DNA of 64,000 bases from an uncultured Acidimicrobiia bacterium (GCA_963786955.1 CAWBAT010000005.1:1600001-1664000); one strand, 5' to 3'. Positions 9,997 to 21,056 are shown, numbered from the stretch's first letter. Notes: generated by a model not told the origin, from the sequence alone. Numbers and translations are program-made.

Positions 9997-10321
9997 AAGG
10001 CCCTTTGTCTACACTATACCTGCGGCAACTTCATTCTTCAAGCGCTATCGAGTGAAACTCTCCAGAAATGAGGCACGAATCCTTGGAAAGGTCTGAAAGG
10101 TGCCGAGTCCGAATGCTCGCTTCCGAAATGCTGCAATAATCAGGTGAAACGATCACAATTTTGAGTTGTGGGTATTTTTTGTAGTAGGTGACTTCGTTTT
10201 AGGAGGGTTCACCTAAATTTCCATAGGAAATTTGCCTCTTTGCATGAGGCAAGCCGTAAACTGATAATACGATTTCCCGTAAATACTCCAAGCGGTTAGC
10301 TAGCAGAATTGGAAAACGGGA

Positions 10322-10801
10322 CTAAGCGCTTCTGTACCGTTCCAGTGCGTTATTTACAATTCTCCGAAGTTCTTTTTTATCCAGAGGCTTGGCTAAGTAA
10401 TCATAGGCACCGCGTTGGAGGAACTCTATCCACAAATCCACATCGGCTAACCAGGAAATGCATATGACCTGCGTTTTAGGCGAGTTGTACTTAACAAATG
10501 CGATCAGTTCAAAGAATCTTTCAACAGGGCGAAAGACGTCAATCAAGGCAGCCGCAATTGGAGATTTCTCAACAAAGACTCTTTCAAGCTGATCTGGGGA
10601 ATCTTCAAACAACAGGTAGTGAGATTTCACGTTCAAAATTTCAGAGACGGCTTCTCGAACCTGGGGCTCTGCGTCGACGACTAAAACACTGGATAGACAC
10701 TGCGTCTCAACGAAATTCAACATGGTCTTGGCACTCATTAAAGCCTCTAAGATTGTTATTGATGTTGAGGGCCGCAGACAAACTAGAGTTGAATGATTCA
10801 A
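10322..10801 (-). CDS. Stand-alone response regulator receiver protein
   Basis: VLVVDAE, ALIDV, GAYDYLAKP motifs; no output domain; start uncertain. Confidence 0.85.
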   Translation of the reverse strand: MNHSTLVCLRPSTSITILEALMSAKTMLNFVETQCLSSVLVVDAEPQVREAVSEILNVKSHYLLFEDSPDQLERVFVEKSPIAAALIDVFRPVERFFELIAFVKYNSPKTQVICISWLADVDLWIEFLQRGAYDYLAKPLDKKELRRIVNNALERYRSA

Positions 10802-10822
10802 CTAATGACAAACGTGCCTTGT

Positions 10823-11299
10823 TTATTGAGAACCCCGTGATATCAAGCCTTGGTTGGCCACGGCAGTGGTCAGGTTAATTTGGTGCTGCAGTTCATCGAG
10901 CAGAATCTCACCGATTTGCTCGGCCACGGCGTGCTGTCCTAATGCTTCACACTGACGAATACGTTCCTTGTACTGGCAAATGTTTTCATTCACGCTTTCA
11001 AGCATGAGACGTAGCATTTCCTCGAAGTTGTCGGATGTCCCCACCAGTTGAGATTGGATCTCTGACATTCCCCCCAGGGAATGGATCTCGTTGGCCATCA
11101 TGAGCGCATGCCGGAGCTCTTCTCGCACCTTTCTCCCAAGAACTTTAGCAATGTCTCTTTGGCCGGCTCCCTTGACCATCTGGGAGTAAGTTGCATAAAT
11201 CTTGATTGCCAGATACTGGCGAGAGAGATCCTCGTTCAACAGGTCAATTAACTTGCTCAGAGAGATTTCCGGTGCAGCAGGCTGTTGTTTGTTTCCCAT
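10823..11299 (-). CDS. Ferritin-like (bacterioferritin-related) protein
   Basis: LIDLLNEDLSRQY, EELRHA, IHSLGG and DELQHQ four-helix-bundle pattern. Confidence 0.82.
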   Translation of the reverse strand: MGNKQQPAAPEISLSKLIDLLNEDLSRQYLAIKIYATYSQMVKGAGQRDIAKVLGRKVREELRHALMMANEIHSLGGMSEIQSQLVGTSDNFEEMLRLMLESVNENICQYKERIRQCEALGQHAVAEQIGEILLDELQHQINLTTAVANQGLISRGSQ

Positions 11300-11375
11300 T
11301 TATCCTCTTGAACTTTTTCATCAGAAAGTCGATCGATTAATTACTGGACGCCAAAGTATTTCGCGACGCCATTCT

Positions 11376-11678
11376 TCAGCCCAAGGGAAGAAACTTTTCG
11401 TGAGTCTCTCTTTCTCGTTGTTTGAGGTCTTCTCCCGGTTTGACATAATCGTAGTATGTTGAGCCCCAACCTTGATGTTGCACATCCTTCCGAGTCCTGC
11501 ACAGGTCCAACGATAACTGACTTCTGGAATTTCTCTTTTCATCATTTCTCGAACACAAAGCACAACACATAAAGCAAAAGGCCCCATTAGCTAATTCTAA
11601 GACTGCCAAGATTGTCGCTCCTTCGCGTAGCCATTGATTCCGGGTCTTCTTATCGAGGCTTCCAATTTGTTCAAACAT
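11376..11678 (-). CDS. Hypothetical protein (possibly decayed)
   Basis: GAGGAG RBS; first ORF after promoter copy 4. Confidence 0.35.
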   Translation of the reverse strand: MFEQIGSLDKKTRNQWLREGATILAVLELANGAFCFMCCALCSRNDEKRNSRSQLSLDLCRTRKDVQHQGWGSTYYDYVKPGEDLKQRERETHEKFLPLG

Positions 11679-11736
11679 TTGGCCAATCTCCTCTTAGTCA
11701 ATCGCAAGATCTCCTCCTGCGATCGTAACAGACGGG

Positions 11737-11801
11737 ATTATCACTTCGACGAATGCGCGTGTCAGTTCAATATTGAACACAAGGCCGATCAATATTGCTC
11801 T
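11737..11801 (-). promoter_or_regulatory. Tandem-box regulon promoter, copy 4
   Basis: Boxes 11786-11801 and 11764-11779; CTGACA-17bp-GATAAT. Confidence 0.82.
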
Positions 11802-12155
11802 TCATAGATTAAGAGGGAGAAGCTCATGGAGGAGTGAGGGGCCTCGGGCGTAAACCGGAGGCCCGGTGGGACAATTTAGGTGGGATTATTGGAGGATCGA
11901 TACTTGTAGCGGGGTCGCCCTGCGCCGAGCGCAGGCGATTTTTGAGGAAGGTTTCCGGCGCAAATCCGAAACGCAGCGCTTACGATGAACTCATGCTTGT
12001 TGTCCGAACACTTTTAACATTCAATGATGTAGAGCTCGCGGACGAGTTGAAGGTGTCCTCTATATGAATCCACTCTCCGCCGAGCCATCCTCTGGCTGGA
12101 CGGAAAATAAAGAAACCCCAGAGTCGTGGCGGTCCGTGATCGCCACGACGGAGGA

Positions 12156-13762
12156 CTACCGCAGAAGCTTCGCTCCGACCCTCAAACCGGCGGCCCGAGT
12201 TCCGATCACATCCCCCGATACGACCAACTCCACTCGACGATTCTGCTGCCGGCCGGCCGCTGTATCATTGGTGGCCACCGCTTGGCTTTCTCCGAATCCA
12301 CGAGAGGCAATAGAAGAGCTATCAATGCCTTCGTGAACGAGGAAATCGCGAACTGCATTGGCGCGGTCTTCGGACAAGTGCTGGTTATAGTCGTCAGCTC
12401 CGACGCTGTCCGTATGGCCTTCGACTTCAAGTTTCAAGCTGGGATACGCCAGAACGATCCCAGAGAGCTTGGCCAACTTTTCACGAGCCACTGGCCTGAG
12501 AGTGTACTTCCCCGTGTCGAAGAGGACGTCGGACAAATTGACGATAAGGCCGCGAGTGGTGTCACGGGTTTCCAGAACGTTGTTGAGCTGTTCCGCCAGT
12601 TTGTTGCGCAACTCCTGTTTCTCCCTTTCGGATTGCTCGGCGGCGGCCTTGCGTGCCTGCTCGGATTGTGCCAGCGCTGCTTGCTTATCCCGCTCCGATT
12701 GCGCTAGCGCGGTCTCCTTCTCGCGTGCGGCACGCAGGGCCGCAAGCTCTGCCTCCATCTTGGTGCGTTCGGCGAGTGCTTTTGAGCCGCGTTGTCTGCG
12801 TTGGCCCGGTCGGTCGCCGCATTGGCGCGGTCGGTGGCCGCGTTAGCCTGTGATTCGCGGTCCGCTGCAGCCGAGCGTTCCTGCGCAAGGCGGTCTTCTT
12901 CCTCGTGTTTGAGTGTAATCAGGCGGGCATCTTCAGCTGTCTGGACGGCCTCGCGAGCAGCCATGGCAATCGCTTTGGATCCTGCTTTTCTCGTCTTGTG
13001 GTTCTCCGCTTGTTCGAGAAGCTGGCTGGCTTTCTGGAAGGTTTCGGCAGCAGAAACGTCGGCGCCCGTCCATTGCGCGATTCGCACCGCGTTTCGTGCT
13101 TCGTAAAGATCCAGCGGCGTTTTCTTGTCCAATATCATCGGCCGCAGATCAGCCGGCAGGACATTGATGGTGTACTGACCTCGTTGCAAGAGTTCGTATT
13201 TCGCATCAATCTCTTCAACTTTTCCGACCGTGTCTTTTCTGATGAAGTTTTCCATCACAACAGCGTCGCTAGGCTGGCTGACTGCAAAATAGGGTTCAGC
13301 AGTCACAATGAGCCCGAATGCCTGAAGCTCGGTTGTGACATTGAGCTTGCTCTTCGTTCCGTTCAAGATGATCTCACCCAGATTGGTCGCTCGACCCTCA
13401 GGAGTAATGGCCCACATGACGTAGGTGAGAAACTCAGGGCCGAACCGAGTTGCAGATTGCAGGTCGTCGAATTCGACCTCAATTTCAATATATCCCTGCT
13501 TGCTCTCCACTTTAGCTTCGCCTCGGGCTGCCGGCATTAAGGGCGTGCCGCGAAAGTCGATTTTCGTCGCTCCGCTTCGATGTCGATAATTGATGGCTGT
13601 TGCCTTCCGCTCTACCACATTAATGGTGATTTTGTAGATCGGATTCTGACCGCCCTGTTGGACTTGCAGCTGGCTTGCCGTGTTCGGGTTCTGTGCCGCG
13701 TTTACCGGAATAACAACAGCCAGTAATGATGCGATCGCAAAAATCATCTTAACTTTTCTCAT
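12156..13762 (-). CDS. OmpA family protein with N-terminal exported domain and alanine-rich coiled coil (frameshift near 12780)
   Basis: Signal peptide; C-terminal [14 protein letters not shown] and NRRVE OmpA motifs. Confidence 0.9.
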
Positions 13763-13835
13763 TTTTGACCTCTCAGTCTTATAATTACCTTAATCGTGCT
13801 GATATTTCCCGCTACTTGCCGACGCGCGTTCATTG

Positions 13836-14100
13836 TCATCGCAGCGTCTGATTCGCCTTGATCGATTGGTGCTGGGAATCTCGAACCATCCTCTGCCGCA
13901 CCCGGTCAAGCATCTCCAGTTACTCACGGATGGAATGGTTGGCTTAATCTTTTGCCAGTACTTCGACCCACTTCACATTGGATGATTGCGCTCAACAGAC
14001 AGAATCTTTAATCGTTTCTGTCCGCCTGCTTGTTGCTGGCTCGTGCTCTCTTCGCGCGATTGAACTCTGCACTCACCCATTTGCTTTAATCTATTTTGTC
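13836..14100 (-). pseudogene. Decayed paralog of the 8476-8773 hypothetical gene
   Basis: EFNRAKRA...KRLKILSV...DRVRQRMVRDSQHQSIKA, with stops; aligns by eye to 8476-8720. Confidence 0.6.
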
Positions 14101-14155
14101 CACTCGACTAAATTGCACTTGGGCACCCTATTTGCTCCAATGGAAACCACGCCCG

Positions 14156-14392
14156 CTACTTAAGGCTTTCAGCGCGGATCTCTCGCTCGGTTTCCTTCAG
14201 AGCACGAGACCACTCCTCGGCCTGCCTTTCAGCTTCTGCCTTCGCTATTCCGTATCGCTCCTGAATCCGCCCGACGAGTTGATCCTTTTTCCCGGCTACC
14301 TTCTGCCAGTCATCATCAGTGAGTTTCCCCCAGCGCTCCCGGGCAGAGCCAGTAAACTGTTTCCATTTGCCTTCGATTTGATCCCAATTCAT
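14156..14392 (-). CDS. csbD: CsbD/YjbJ family stress protein
   Basis: MNWDQIEGKWKQFTGSARERWGKLTDDD...GRIQERYG signature. Confidence 0.95.
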   Translation of the reverse strand: MNWDQIEGKWKQFTGSARERWGKLTDDDWQKVAGKKDQLVGRIQERYGIAKAEAERQAEEWSRALKETEREIRAESLK

Positions 14393-14477
14393 GGCTTATC
14401 TCCTTTCAAGAATGTGTTACTCGGAAAAATCCAATTTATTCCTCAGAAATGCGAAGTGAAGATTGGGAATGAGATTC

Positions 14478-16586
14478 TCATTTCCAGTCCACTTGGATCT
14501 CGTAATCGTCAGCACCGCCTTTGTCATCCAAGATTTTGATAATGGCTATGAAATTGTTGGATTGGTTGGGTTGCTCAATGACAGACACTTCACCACGGCC
14601 ATTGAGTTTATTCACAGACACTCTGACTTCCGCTCGCGGCAGCGGGTTGGAAAAATTGACTTGCTCGTTGACAGTCGGCGCCCCGTCCCTCTCGATCGAT
14701 CTCACTCGGTTGCCTTGAATGGTCAGTTCGACGTAGGCGTCCACTCGACCTCTCCAGGTCATCCTGCCAGGACCACGGGTAGTAGATTGGTTAGCCCCTA
14801 ATCTGCTGTAAGAAGAGGTGTTCCCTGACTGCACACTGAACTGAGTACAGCATCTGCTGGAACGCACTGTCGTAGCTCTGGAAATCGCGCTCCGGGGCGG
14901 TGAACACGAGGAACAGCAGGCCTTCAGGACGCTGCAGGGTGACCAGCCAATCGGTCTCGCGACCTCCCAGCGGCGAGTCGTTTGAGAAGTAGGTGGACAG
15001 AGCGGGCTGTCCATCGACTTGGATGCCCTCACGGTTGCGAATGATTCGCATCTTTTGATTGGAGAGGCGGAGCTCTTGAACCAGCCGGTCGGTGGCTGCT
15101 TGCAGGGACATTCCGGAAGTCTGCCCGTAGCCTTCGGGCTGCAAACGCTGCTGGTTAGGATTGTCAACCTGAGGCTCATAAATATTCACGAGGGCCCCGG
15201 TAGCCAGGGCTTGATTGCCGTTCCCGTCGTCCACCAGGCCACCGCGCGGCGCGATAGTAACCGCGTCGCCCTGCCCGTAGGTCTGCCAGTTGTCGGGGTA
15301 CTCGATGCGCAAAACGGAGTTCTTAAAAGACTTCACACTGGTTGGATGGCGACTCGGCTGGTGTGCTGCTGCCCGCCGCGGTTTCCGTCTGCTGTTGGGC
15401 GGTGGGAATGGAAATCCGCTGACTCCTCTTGGACAACGGCGTCGTGGGTTCTGCCAGCCCATTGATAGCGGATTCGAAGCGTCTTGTCCTCATTTACGAT
15501 GGGGTCGCCACCCATCGAGGTGTTAGTCACCTGCAAGTTTAGCCGGTCGTTCTGCACGCGTGATTGAAGCAACTGGCGGACATCGACGAATCGGTCTTTG
15601 GCGCCGTAGCTCGCGGCCAGGATCTGTAATCCAGTGGTGCTGCTCCCCGTGCGAGTGCCGCTGCCAGTGTTCGCTTGCACACTTTGCGCACTACCTTTAG
15701 CCGGAGGCGCCGGACGTGACAGAACGTACCGTTTGATGTCCTGGAACTGCTGGGGAATCCGTCTTGGCACCGCGCTGGCGAACCGCCGAGATTCTCTATT
15801 TCCTGGTCCACGCGCTCAAGGCGATTGTCCGGGTTGGGGTGGTCGCTGAAGAATTCTACTGGGTTCTTGCCCTTGCTTAGCTGCCTGGAGTTTTTCAAAG
15901 AACTGAGCCATGGCCCGCGGGTCGTAGCCGGAATCGTACAGGATTTGCGTGCCCATGATGTCGGCCTGGGTTTCATCCGTGCGCGAATACTTCAGCAGGA
16001 TGGAATTCACCGTGAAGCCCGCGCCGAGCTGTGCCAGGGCGGCCCCCGTGGAGTTGCTGCCCAGCAAGCCGCCCAGGATCGACAACGGCAACTGCGCGGC
16101 CGAGGCTTTGCTCGCTTGGTTGGTGCCGTGGCGCAGCGCCACGTGAGAGGTTTCATGCGCTATCACGCCAGCCAGTTGCGCTTCATCGTCGGCAGCTTCA
16201 ATCAAGCCGCGGTTGATGTAGACGGGCCCGCCGGGCAGTGCGAAAGCATTGATCGCCCGGTCGTTGACGGCCTTGTACGTGTATGGGAATTTATAGCCGG
16301 GCGCATGCGCCGAAAGCCGTTGGCCCAGGTCATTTAAATAGTTGTCCACCCGCGATCGTTCATCATGAGGATTTGCTTCTCGGCGTCGCACTGATACCTG
16401 CTGGCCCACTTCGACGTCCTGCTGCGGCGAAAACATGTTCCAGCCAGGTTTCAGCGCCGTGCGATCATCGGCCCAGGCCAGCGGCGAAAATACCAAGGTG
16501 TAACCAGCACCCCTGCCTGTAGCAGGCCTTGAGCGACCATGGCCGACCCTACCGTCAAAGCGAACCACTCGATTTTTCTTGTCCAT
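14478..16586 (-). CDS. M48 family metalloprotease with extra C-terminal domains (DUF3395-like), several frameshifts
   Basis: INAFALPGG, AHETSH (HExxH), YSRTDETQAD and FSDHP motifs; fragments in four or more frames. Confidence 0.85.
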
Positions 16587-16703
16587 TTCTGCCTCCCTCA
16601 AACTTAAAGTGATTTTGAAACGTTTCAATGATGAGAGACTCCATCTGACGACCCGTCGTGTTACAACGTTCTCTCAAACAGATCCCCATACAGTGATTCC
16701 TGG

Positions 16704-16929
16704 CTATGATTTTTGCCTCGCGCCAGAGACCAGCAAAGCAACCCCTCCAACCAACACTAGTCCTCCGAGTACTGGAGGAAGGGGAATTCGCTCGTGAGTC
16801 TCTGCCGTGGCATGAATGGGTCCGACTATCAAATACCTTTTCTTCACGGGTGTAGTTGATCCCTTGATAGGCAAGAGCCAACGTACCCAGTACAACCAAC
16901 AGGATTCCAACCAAAATGATAGGTTTCAT
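16704..16929 (-). CDS. DUF3185-like small membrane protein (one frameshift)
   Basis: LVGILLVVLGTLALAYQGINYTREEKV / GPIHATAETHERIPLPPVLGG. Confidence 0.8.
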
Positions 16930-17017
16930 GCTCTTTCGTCTCCGCTTTTAATGATGGGTTGATCTTCTTTAACTTCTGCCTCTCACCAGATCTGGCTGGC
17001 ATCTCAAGGCTTGTTCC

Positions 17018-17082
17018 TTTATACCCGGAAGGAATTTGCGTGTCAGTTCAGTACGGCTCACACGTTTGGTCAAAATTGCTCA
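17018..17082 (-). promoter_or_regulatory. Tandem-box regulon promoter, copy 5
   Basis: Boxes 17067-17082 and 17045-17060; CTGACA-17bp-TATAAA. Confidence 0.87.
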
Positions 17083-17088
17083 CCCAGT

Positions 17089-17176
17089 CTGAATGAACCA
17101 TGTATTGACTGATGGCAGTTAGTTCATCCGCCAGGAGTTCGTTCAACACCGTCAACAGCTTTTCGTTGCCTTTCAT
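17089..17176 (-). pseudogene. bfr: Bacterioferritin 5' fragment
   Basis: MKGNEKLLTVLNELLADELTAISQYMVHS; similarity ends right at promoter copy 5. Confidence 0.8.
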
Positions 17177-17233
17177 TTCTTTTCCCTTTCACGTCGAATG
17201 CACCACAAAAGTTAATAGCAGGATTGCGTGGCC

Positions 17234-17988
17234 CTACTGGAAGCAAACCGAACAAGGAATATAAGTTGTGCCTAAACCAGGTACTCCTCTAGACAGGAGC
17301 GACGAAAAGAACCTCTTGTTCACGCGCAGGTTCAATCCGAGGAGCAGGTTTTTGAGGGCTTGCTGCTCCAGCGCTGCGCTGCCTTCCACCATGCATTCGT
17401 CGCGGGCTGTTATGTAAGCCTGATTGAAAAAGGCTCGCGAATCGGCGAGCATGGTTGAAAAACCGGCCGGAGTGTTAATACGTTTCGCGTCGCCTAATGG
17501 CGACGAAGTTTTAGACTCGATCAGCGGTGAAAACCCGCTTATCCCGTTCTTGTTCGTCACGTCATTAAACTGGAATATGGCTACCGTGCGTGGGTTGGCT
17601 GAGAATCGGTCATTTCGTATCTGAGGGTCGATCAACTTGTCAGCTCGATTCCGCAGTGAGAGGTGAAAATGCTGTCTGTTTGACTTTCGGTGCGAGTCGC
17701 CAGCCCGGTAAGTCGAGGGTAAAAGACGCCCCCCGCTCCCGGCACTCCCATGTCCTTGAAGAGCGGGGGTGCCACATACTCATCATTCATGCGAAACTTG
17801 TCGGTCTGGTTTTCTTGCTTCTGCCCTACGACTACCGAAGCAATGTTGTTTTGTGGCGATTGTTGGCCATAGGCGGGAAGCCCCCATGTGGCCGACACAA
17901 TAAAACAAGCTAGGGACATTCCACCGAGCTTTCGCGTAATGCTCAAAAAGTCTCTCATCGAATCTCCTTTCTTTTGTATTGCTCGCAA
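17234..17988 (-). CDS. Putative exported hypothetical protein (two overlapping ORFs, possibly one frameshifted gene)
   Basis: Signal-peptide-like N-terminus and AAAGGAG RBS; ORFs 17632-17988 and 17234-17635. Confidence 0.4.
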
Positions 17989-18430
17989 TCCCTGAGATCA
18001 AGCCAACGAAAATCCTTTACACAGAAAAACACCCATGATTTATGCCAGCACATTTGCTCCTAAAAAATGCGATGTAAGGATTCGCATTTCTCAACGGTAA
18101 TCGGGTAGTCCACACGGGTGGTCCCGAACTCTACCTTTCGTGAGGGAAGGTCATACTCACCTAACCCCTCTTCAAAACCTGGACGCCCTTTCGACACTCC
18201 TGGTCCAGAAATCGGCACAACTTCAATAATCCCGGGACCTCTACCCGAACCGTTCATCGAAGAAACTCTGTGAGCACTTTCCTGACGATATTTGTTAATT
18301 CTGATTCGCGGATGATTTGAACTCGCCTAAGCCATTAGGCGACCTGTGACTCTTCTTCCAAATCCAGTAACCTTGAGGATCCTTAATTATCTTCGCCCAA
18401 AGGCGATCTTCATCGAGACGAAGATCTGTA

Positions 18431-18583
18431 TCAGTGAGTTTCACCTCTTACCTCCCCAAGGACGGGACTTTTAGCGTTCGCATCGTCTTCCATCAGGGCC
18501 AGCGGAGTCAGCCACAACAAGACCCATAGCGCAATCAGTAGGAGCAGAAAGCCTGCGAGAAAATCTAGCATTTTGCCTTTCAT
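18431..18583 (-). CDS. Small single-pass membrane protein
   Basis: MKGKMLDFLAGFLLLLIALWVLLWLTPLAL... Confidence 0.4.
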   Translation of the reverse strand: MKGKMLDFLAGFLLLLIALWVLLWLTPLALMEDDANAKSPVLGEVRGETH

Positions 18584-18690
18584 TTGAGTTCTCTTCTTGC
18601 AGCGTCCTTGAATGACCCTAGTCAAAACTATGGCGGCCGTTACAAGCAATCAAATGGCTCAGCTCTGTCAGCGGCCGTTAGCCCACGAAT

Positions 18691-19233
18691 TCAAATGTTC
18701 TCCTTCTTGTGGCATCCTAAACATTTTATTGGAGGCACCTTCCCCTTTGCAGATTCAGCCTTGTGGCAGTCGATGCAAGTGCCGGCAGTTGCAGTGGGAT
18801 TATGAAACGCGGCCTGGAGCTTGGTCTTCATGGGCGATATTGCTACCTTGGTGTGGCAGTCCGAGCAGGCCTGTTGCAGTGCAGTGGCAGGCTTTTCCGG
18901 CCTGGACGGGTGGTGGCAAGTTTCGCACTTGACGCTGCGCGCCTCGGAGTGAAGCTTGTGTTCAAATTTCACGGCGCCCAAAGGTGATCCCTTTAGGATG
19001 ACAACATCTTTGGGGAGCGCTTTCGTCGTCTCGGCGGCATCATTTTTCACGGTCGAGGCTTGAAGCACACCAACTGGCGCAGGTTCTTGAAAAGTTGCTT
19101 GCTGCTGCGCAGGTATAGTCTGAGTCGCAGAGTTCTCACTCTTGGTGCTATCCTCAAAGCGCGTTCTGCCGCAGCCAGCCAGCATCTGGCACAAAACAAA
19201 CAGTACGATCGTTGACCGAGATATAATTCTCAT
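18691..19233 (-). CDS. Tetraheme cytochrome c3 family lipoprotein
   Basis: LAGC lipobox; four CxxCH motifs (CETCH, CSDCH, CIDCH, CLGCH); VKFEHKLH. Confidence 0.92.
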   Translation of the reverse strand: MRIISRSTIVLFVLCQMLAGCGRTRFEDSTKSENSATQTIPAQQQATFQEPAPVGVLQASTVKNDAAETTKALPKDVVILKGSPLGAVKFEHKLHSEARSVKCETCHHPSRPEKPATALQQACSDCHTKVAISPMKTKLQAAFHNPTATAGTCIDCHKAESAKGKVPPIKCLGCHKKENI

Positions 19234-19469
19234 GGCTTTCTCCTCACAACGATTGAAGTGAATCGCTGCTGCTTTGATTGAAACTCACTGAGTGGCCCAA
19301 TCCGCAAGGCGTTGAGCGCGTCGTATTTGCCGCCGGTCTGCCCATTGTCCTGGTAATCGAAAAAACGGAGTTCGCAAAAGGTTTTGCACAGTTTGACAGC
19401 CCCCGGAGGGTGTGCTGCTCCTTCTGGCGGTTTCCGCGGGCCGGGATCGCTACCAGGATGTGTTTACAC

Positions 19470-19670
19470 TTAATTGCCGGGCTCAACATCCAAAACCAGT
19501 TCCTTGGGGACATCCACCTCCCAGCGTCCTTCCAGGCGAAAACGAACGGCATGGCTCGATTCTCTAACCACTTGTCCTCGAAGGGGGATCCGCGACCCCC
19601 CGGTGTCGATCTGCAAAATAACCGAGCGCCCCAACCAAACAGAATAAACATGCGACATGGTTTTCGTCAC
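19470..19670 (-). CDS. Small beta-rich hypothetical protein
   Basis: WLGRSVILQI...PLRGQVVRESSHAVRFRL...VDVPKELVLDVE; GAGG RBS. Confidence 0.65.
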   Translation of the reverse strand: MTKTMSHVYSVWLGRSVILQIDTGGSRIPLRGQVVRESSHAVRFRLEGRWEVDVPKELVLDVEPGN

Positions 19671-19726
19671 CCTCAGTTGAAGTGTGAAGCCAAAGTAATT
19701 AGTTCCTTACGAATAGAAATCTATGC

Positions 19727-19840
19727 CCCCGTCCCTTCTTCCCCAATGGAGGCGAGAGGAACAGTAATTTTATTTTTTACTCCCTCTTCTGGGGAGAGGG
19801 GTGAACGCTTGAGAAGCCTTCACAAGGGCGGGTGAGGGGA
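19727..19840. repeat. REP-like CCCTCT../GGGAGAGGG repeat with GAG-loop hairpin
   Basis: GGGAGAGGGGTGAACGCTTGAGAAGCCTTCACAAG matches 26614-26648; similar hairpin at 9142-9164. Confidence 0.6.
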
Positions 19841-19985
19841 AACGCTGATTAATCAAAAATCTTCAGATGCAGCTTTTACTTTCATGAATAGTTCAGGCTA
19901 GGAGGCGCCTGCCAGGAATGCACTAGCCCATGGCCGCTTGGCCCCGCACACACTTGCAAAACGCAGGTTCAAGGGTCAGCGGGCG

Positions 19986-20072
19986 CTAGCCGCGCCAGCG
20001 TGAGTATCCCCAACCACCACCACCGAGTAAAAACAACACCACGACAATGATAATTAAAGTTTCCGTTGACAT
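19986..20072 (-). CDS. 28-aa membrane peptide
   Basis: MSTETLIIIVVVLFLLGGGGWGYSRWRG; GAGGTG RBS; below the ORF-track size cutoff. Confidence 0.8.
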   Translation of the reverse strand: MSTETLIIIVVVLFLLGGGGWGYSRWRG

Positions 20073-20165
20073 ATCTCACCTCACTCCTATGTAGAAGGAT
20101 TAACCTACCCGTAAACGTGGAATGATCCAACCTGAAAGCCACCCGTCAATCGCTGGGTTCAGAAG

Positions 20166-20315
20166 CTAAGCCATCGAGCGACGGCCGCTGAGTAGATTGA
20201 AAAGAAACACAACGACCGCGATGACTAGCAGGGCATGAATGAAACCGCCCCCCACATGCATGGAAAAACCCAGCAGCCATAACACAAGTAAAATTCCAAG
20301 GATGGTATACAACAT
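20166..20315 (-). CDS. lmo0937 (DUF5670) family membrane protein
   Basis: MLYTILGILLVLWLLGFSMHVGGGFIHALLVIAVVVFLFNLLSGRR; AAGGAG RBS. Confidence 0.9.
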   Translation of the reverse strand: MLYTILGILLVLWLLGFSMHVGGGFIHALLVIAVVVFLFNLLSGRRSMA

Positions 20316-20372
20316 GATGATTCTCCTTATTCTTATAGTTCTGAATGCGAGAGTGTTGATTTGCCGCGCTTC

Positions 20373-21056
20373 TTACTCTGAAGCCGGCCGGTCCGTTAAT
20401 TCGAGTTTGCTGTCTTCTTTCCTTCTTCGATGGGCCGAATCAGGAGATGGAAGCACTGAACTCTCCCGGACTGGGACGTCGCTCCCACCGCCCGTAGCCG
20501 CGCGAGCCATTGGCCTATCGCTTTTGGCGTAGTCGGCGCTCGCCTCTGTGCTGGACGTGATATCCTGCGCTCCTGTCCGCTCCAGGATCTCCTTGGCGCG
20601 TTTCGTCCAGTCCAGATTGTCCGAATGCACTGAAAGGAGAATTCCACCTTCCTTTACCCGGCCCTCATAACGCTTGGCGACATATTCGGGAATCCCCATG
20701 CCAATCAGCGCACCTGTGATCCCGCCGACTGCCCCGCCCACGCCCATCCCCGCCAGGGCAGCCATGATTGGGCCAGCAACGATAAAGGGGCCTAATCCGG
20801 GGATAGCCAGAGCGCCGATGCCCGCCAACCACCCCAAGGCACCGCCCAATATTGCACCTGTTCCGGCGCCTGTCGCAGCACCCTCTGGAGATTTGCTGCC
20901 CTTCTCATGGCCGAAGTCTTTTGAGCCTACGTTCTGCGGAAACAGGACCGAGATGTCTGTGTTGCGAAATCCAGCCTCCTTCAAGGTATCGACCCCACGC
21001 TCCGCGCTGGAGTGATTGGGGTAGAGACCGAACACTGCAGTGTTTTTTCCTGACAT
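20373..21056 (-). CDS. General stress protein (YflT/17M-like, glycine zipper)
   Basis: VDTLKEAGFRNTDISVL, GALAIPGLGPFIVAGP and GMGIPEYVAKRYEGRVKEGGILLSVH motifs. Confidence 0.88.
   Translation of the reverse strand: MSGKNTAVFGLYPNHSSAERGVDTLKEAGFRNTDISVLFPQNVGSKDFGHEKGSKSPEGAATGAGTGAILGGALGWLAGIGALAIPGLGPFIVAGPIMAALAGMGVGGAVGGITGALIGMGIPEYVAKRYEGRVKEGGILLSVHSDNLDWTKRAKEILERTGAQDITSSTEASADYAKSDRPMARAATGGGSDVPVRESSVLPSPDSAHRRRKEDSKLELTDRPASE

Noticed and set aside
10143-10157. Canonical CRP site GGTGA-AACGA-TCACA upstream of Crp paralog 1
   Set aside because: Spacer is 5 bp rather than 6, and it is a single instance
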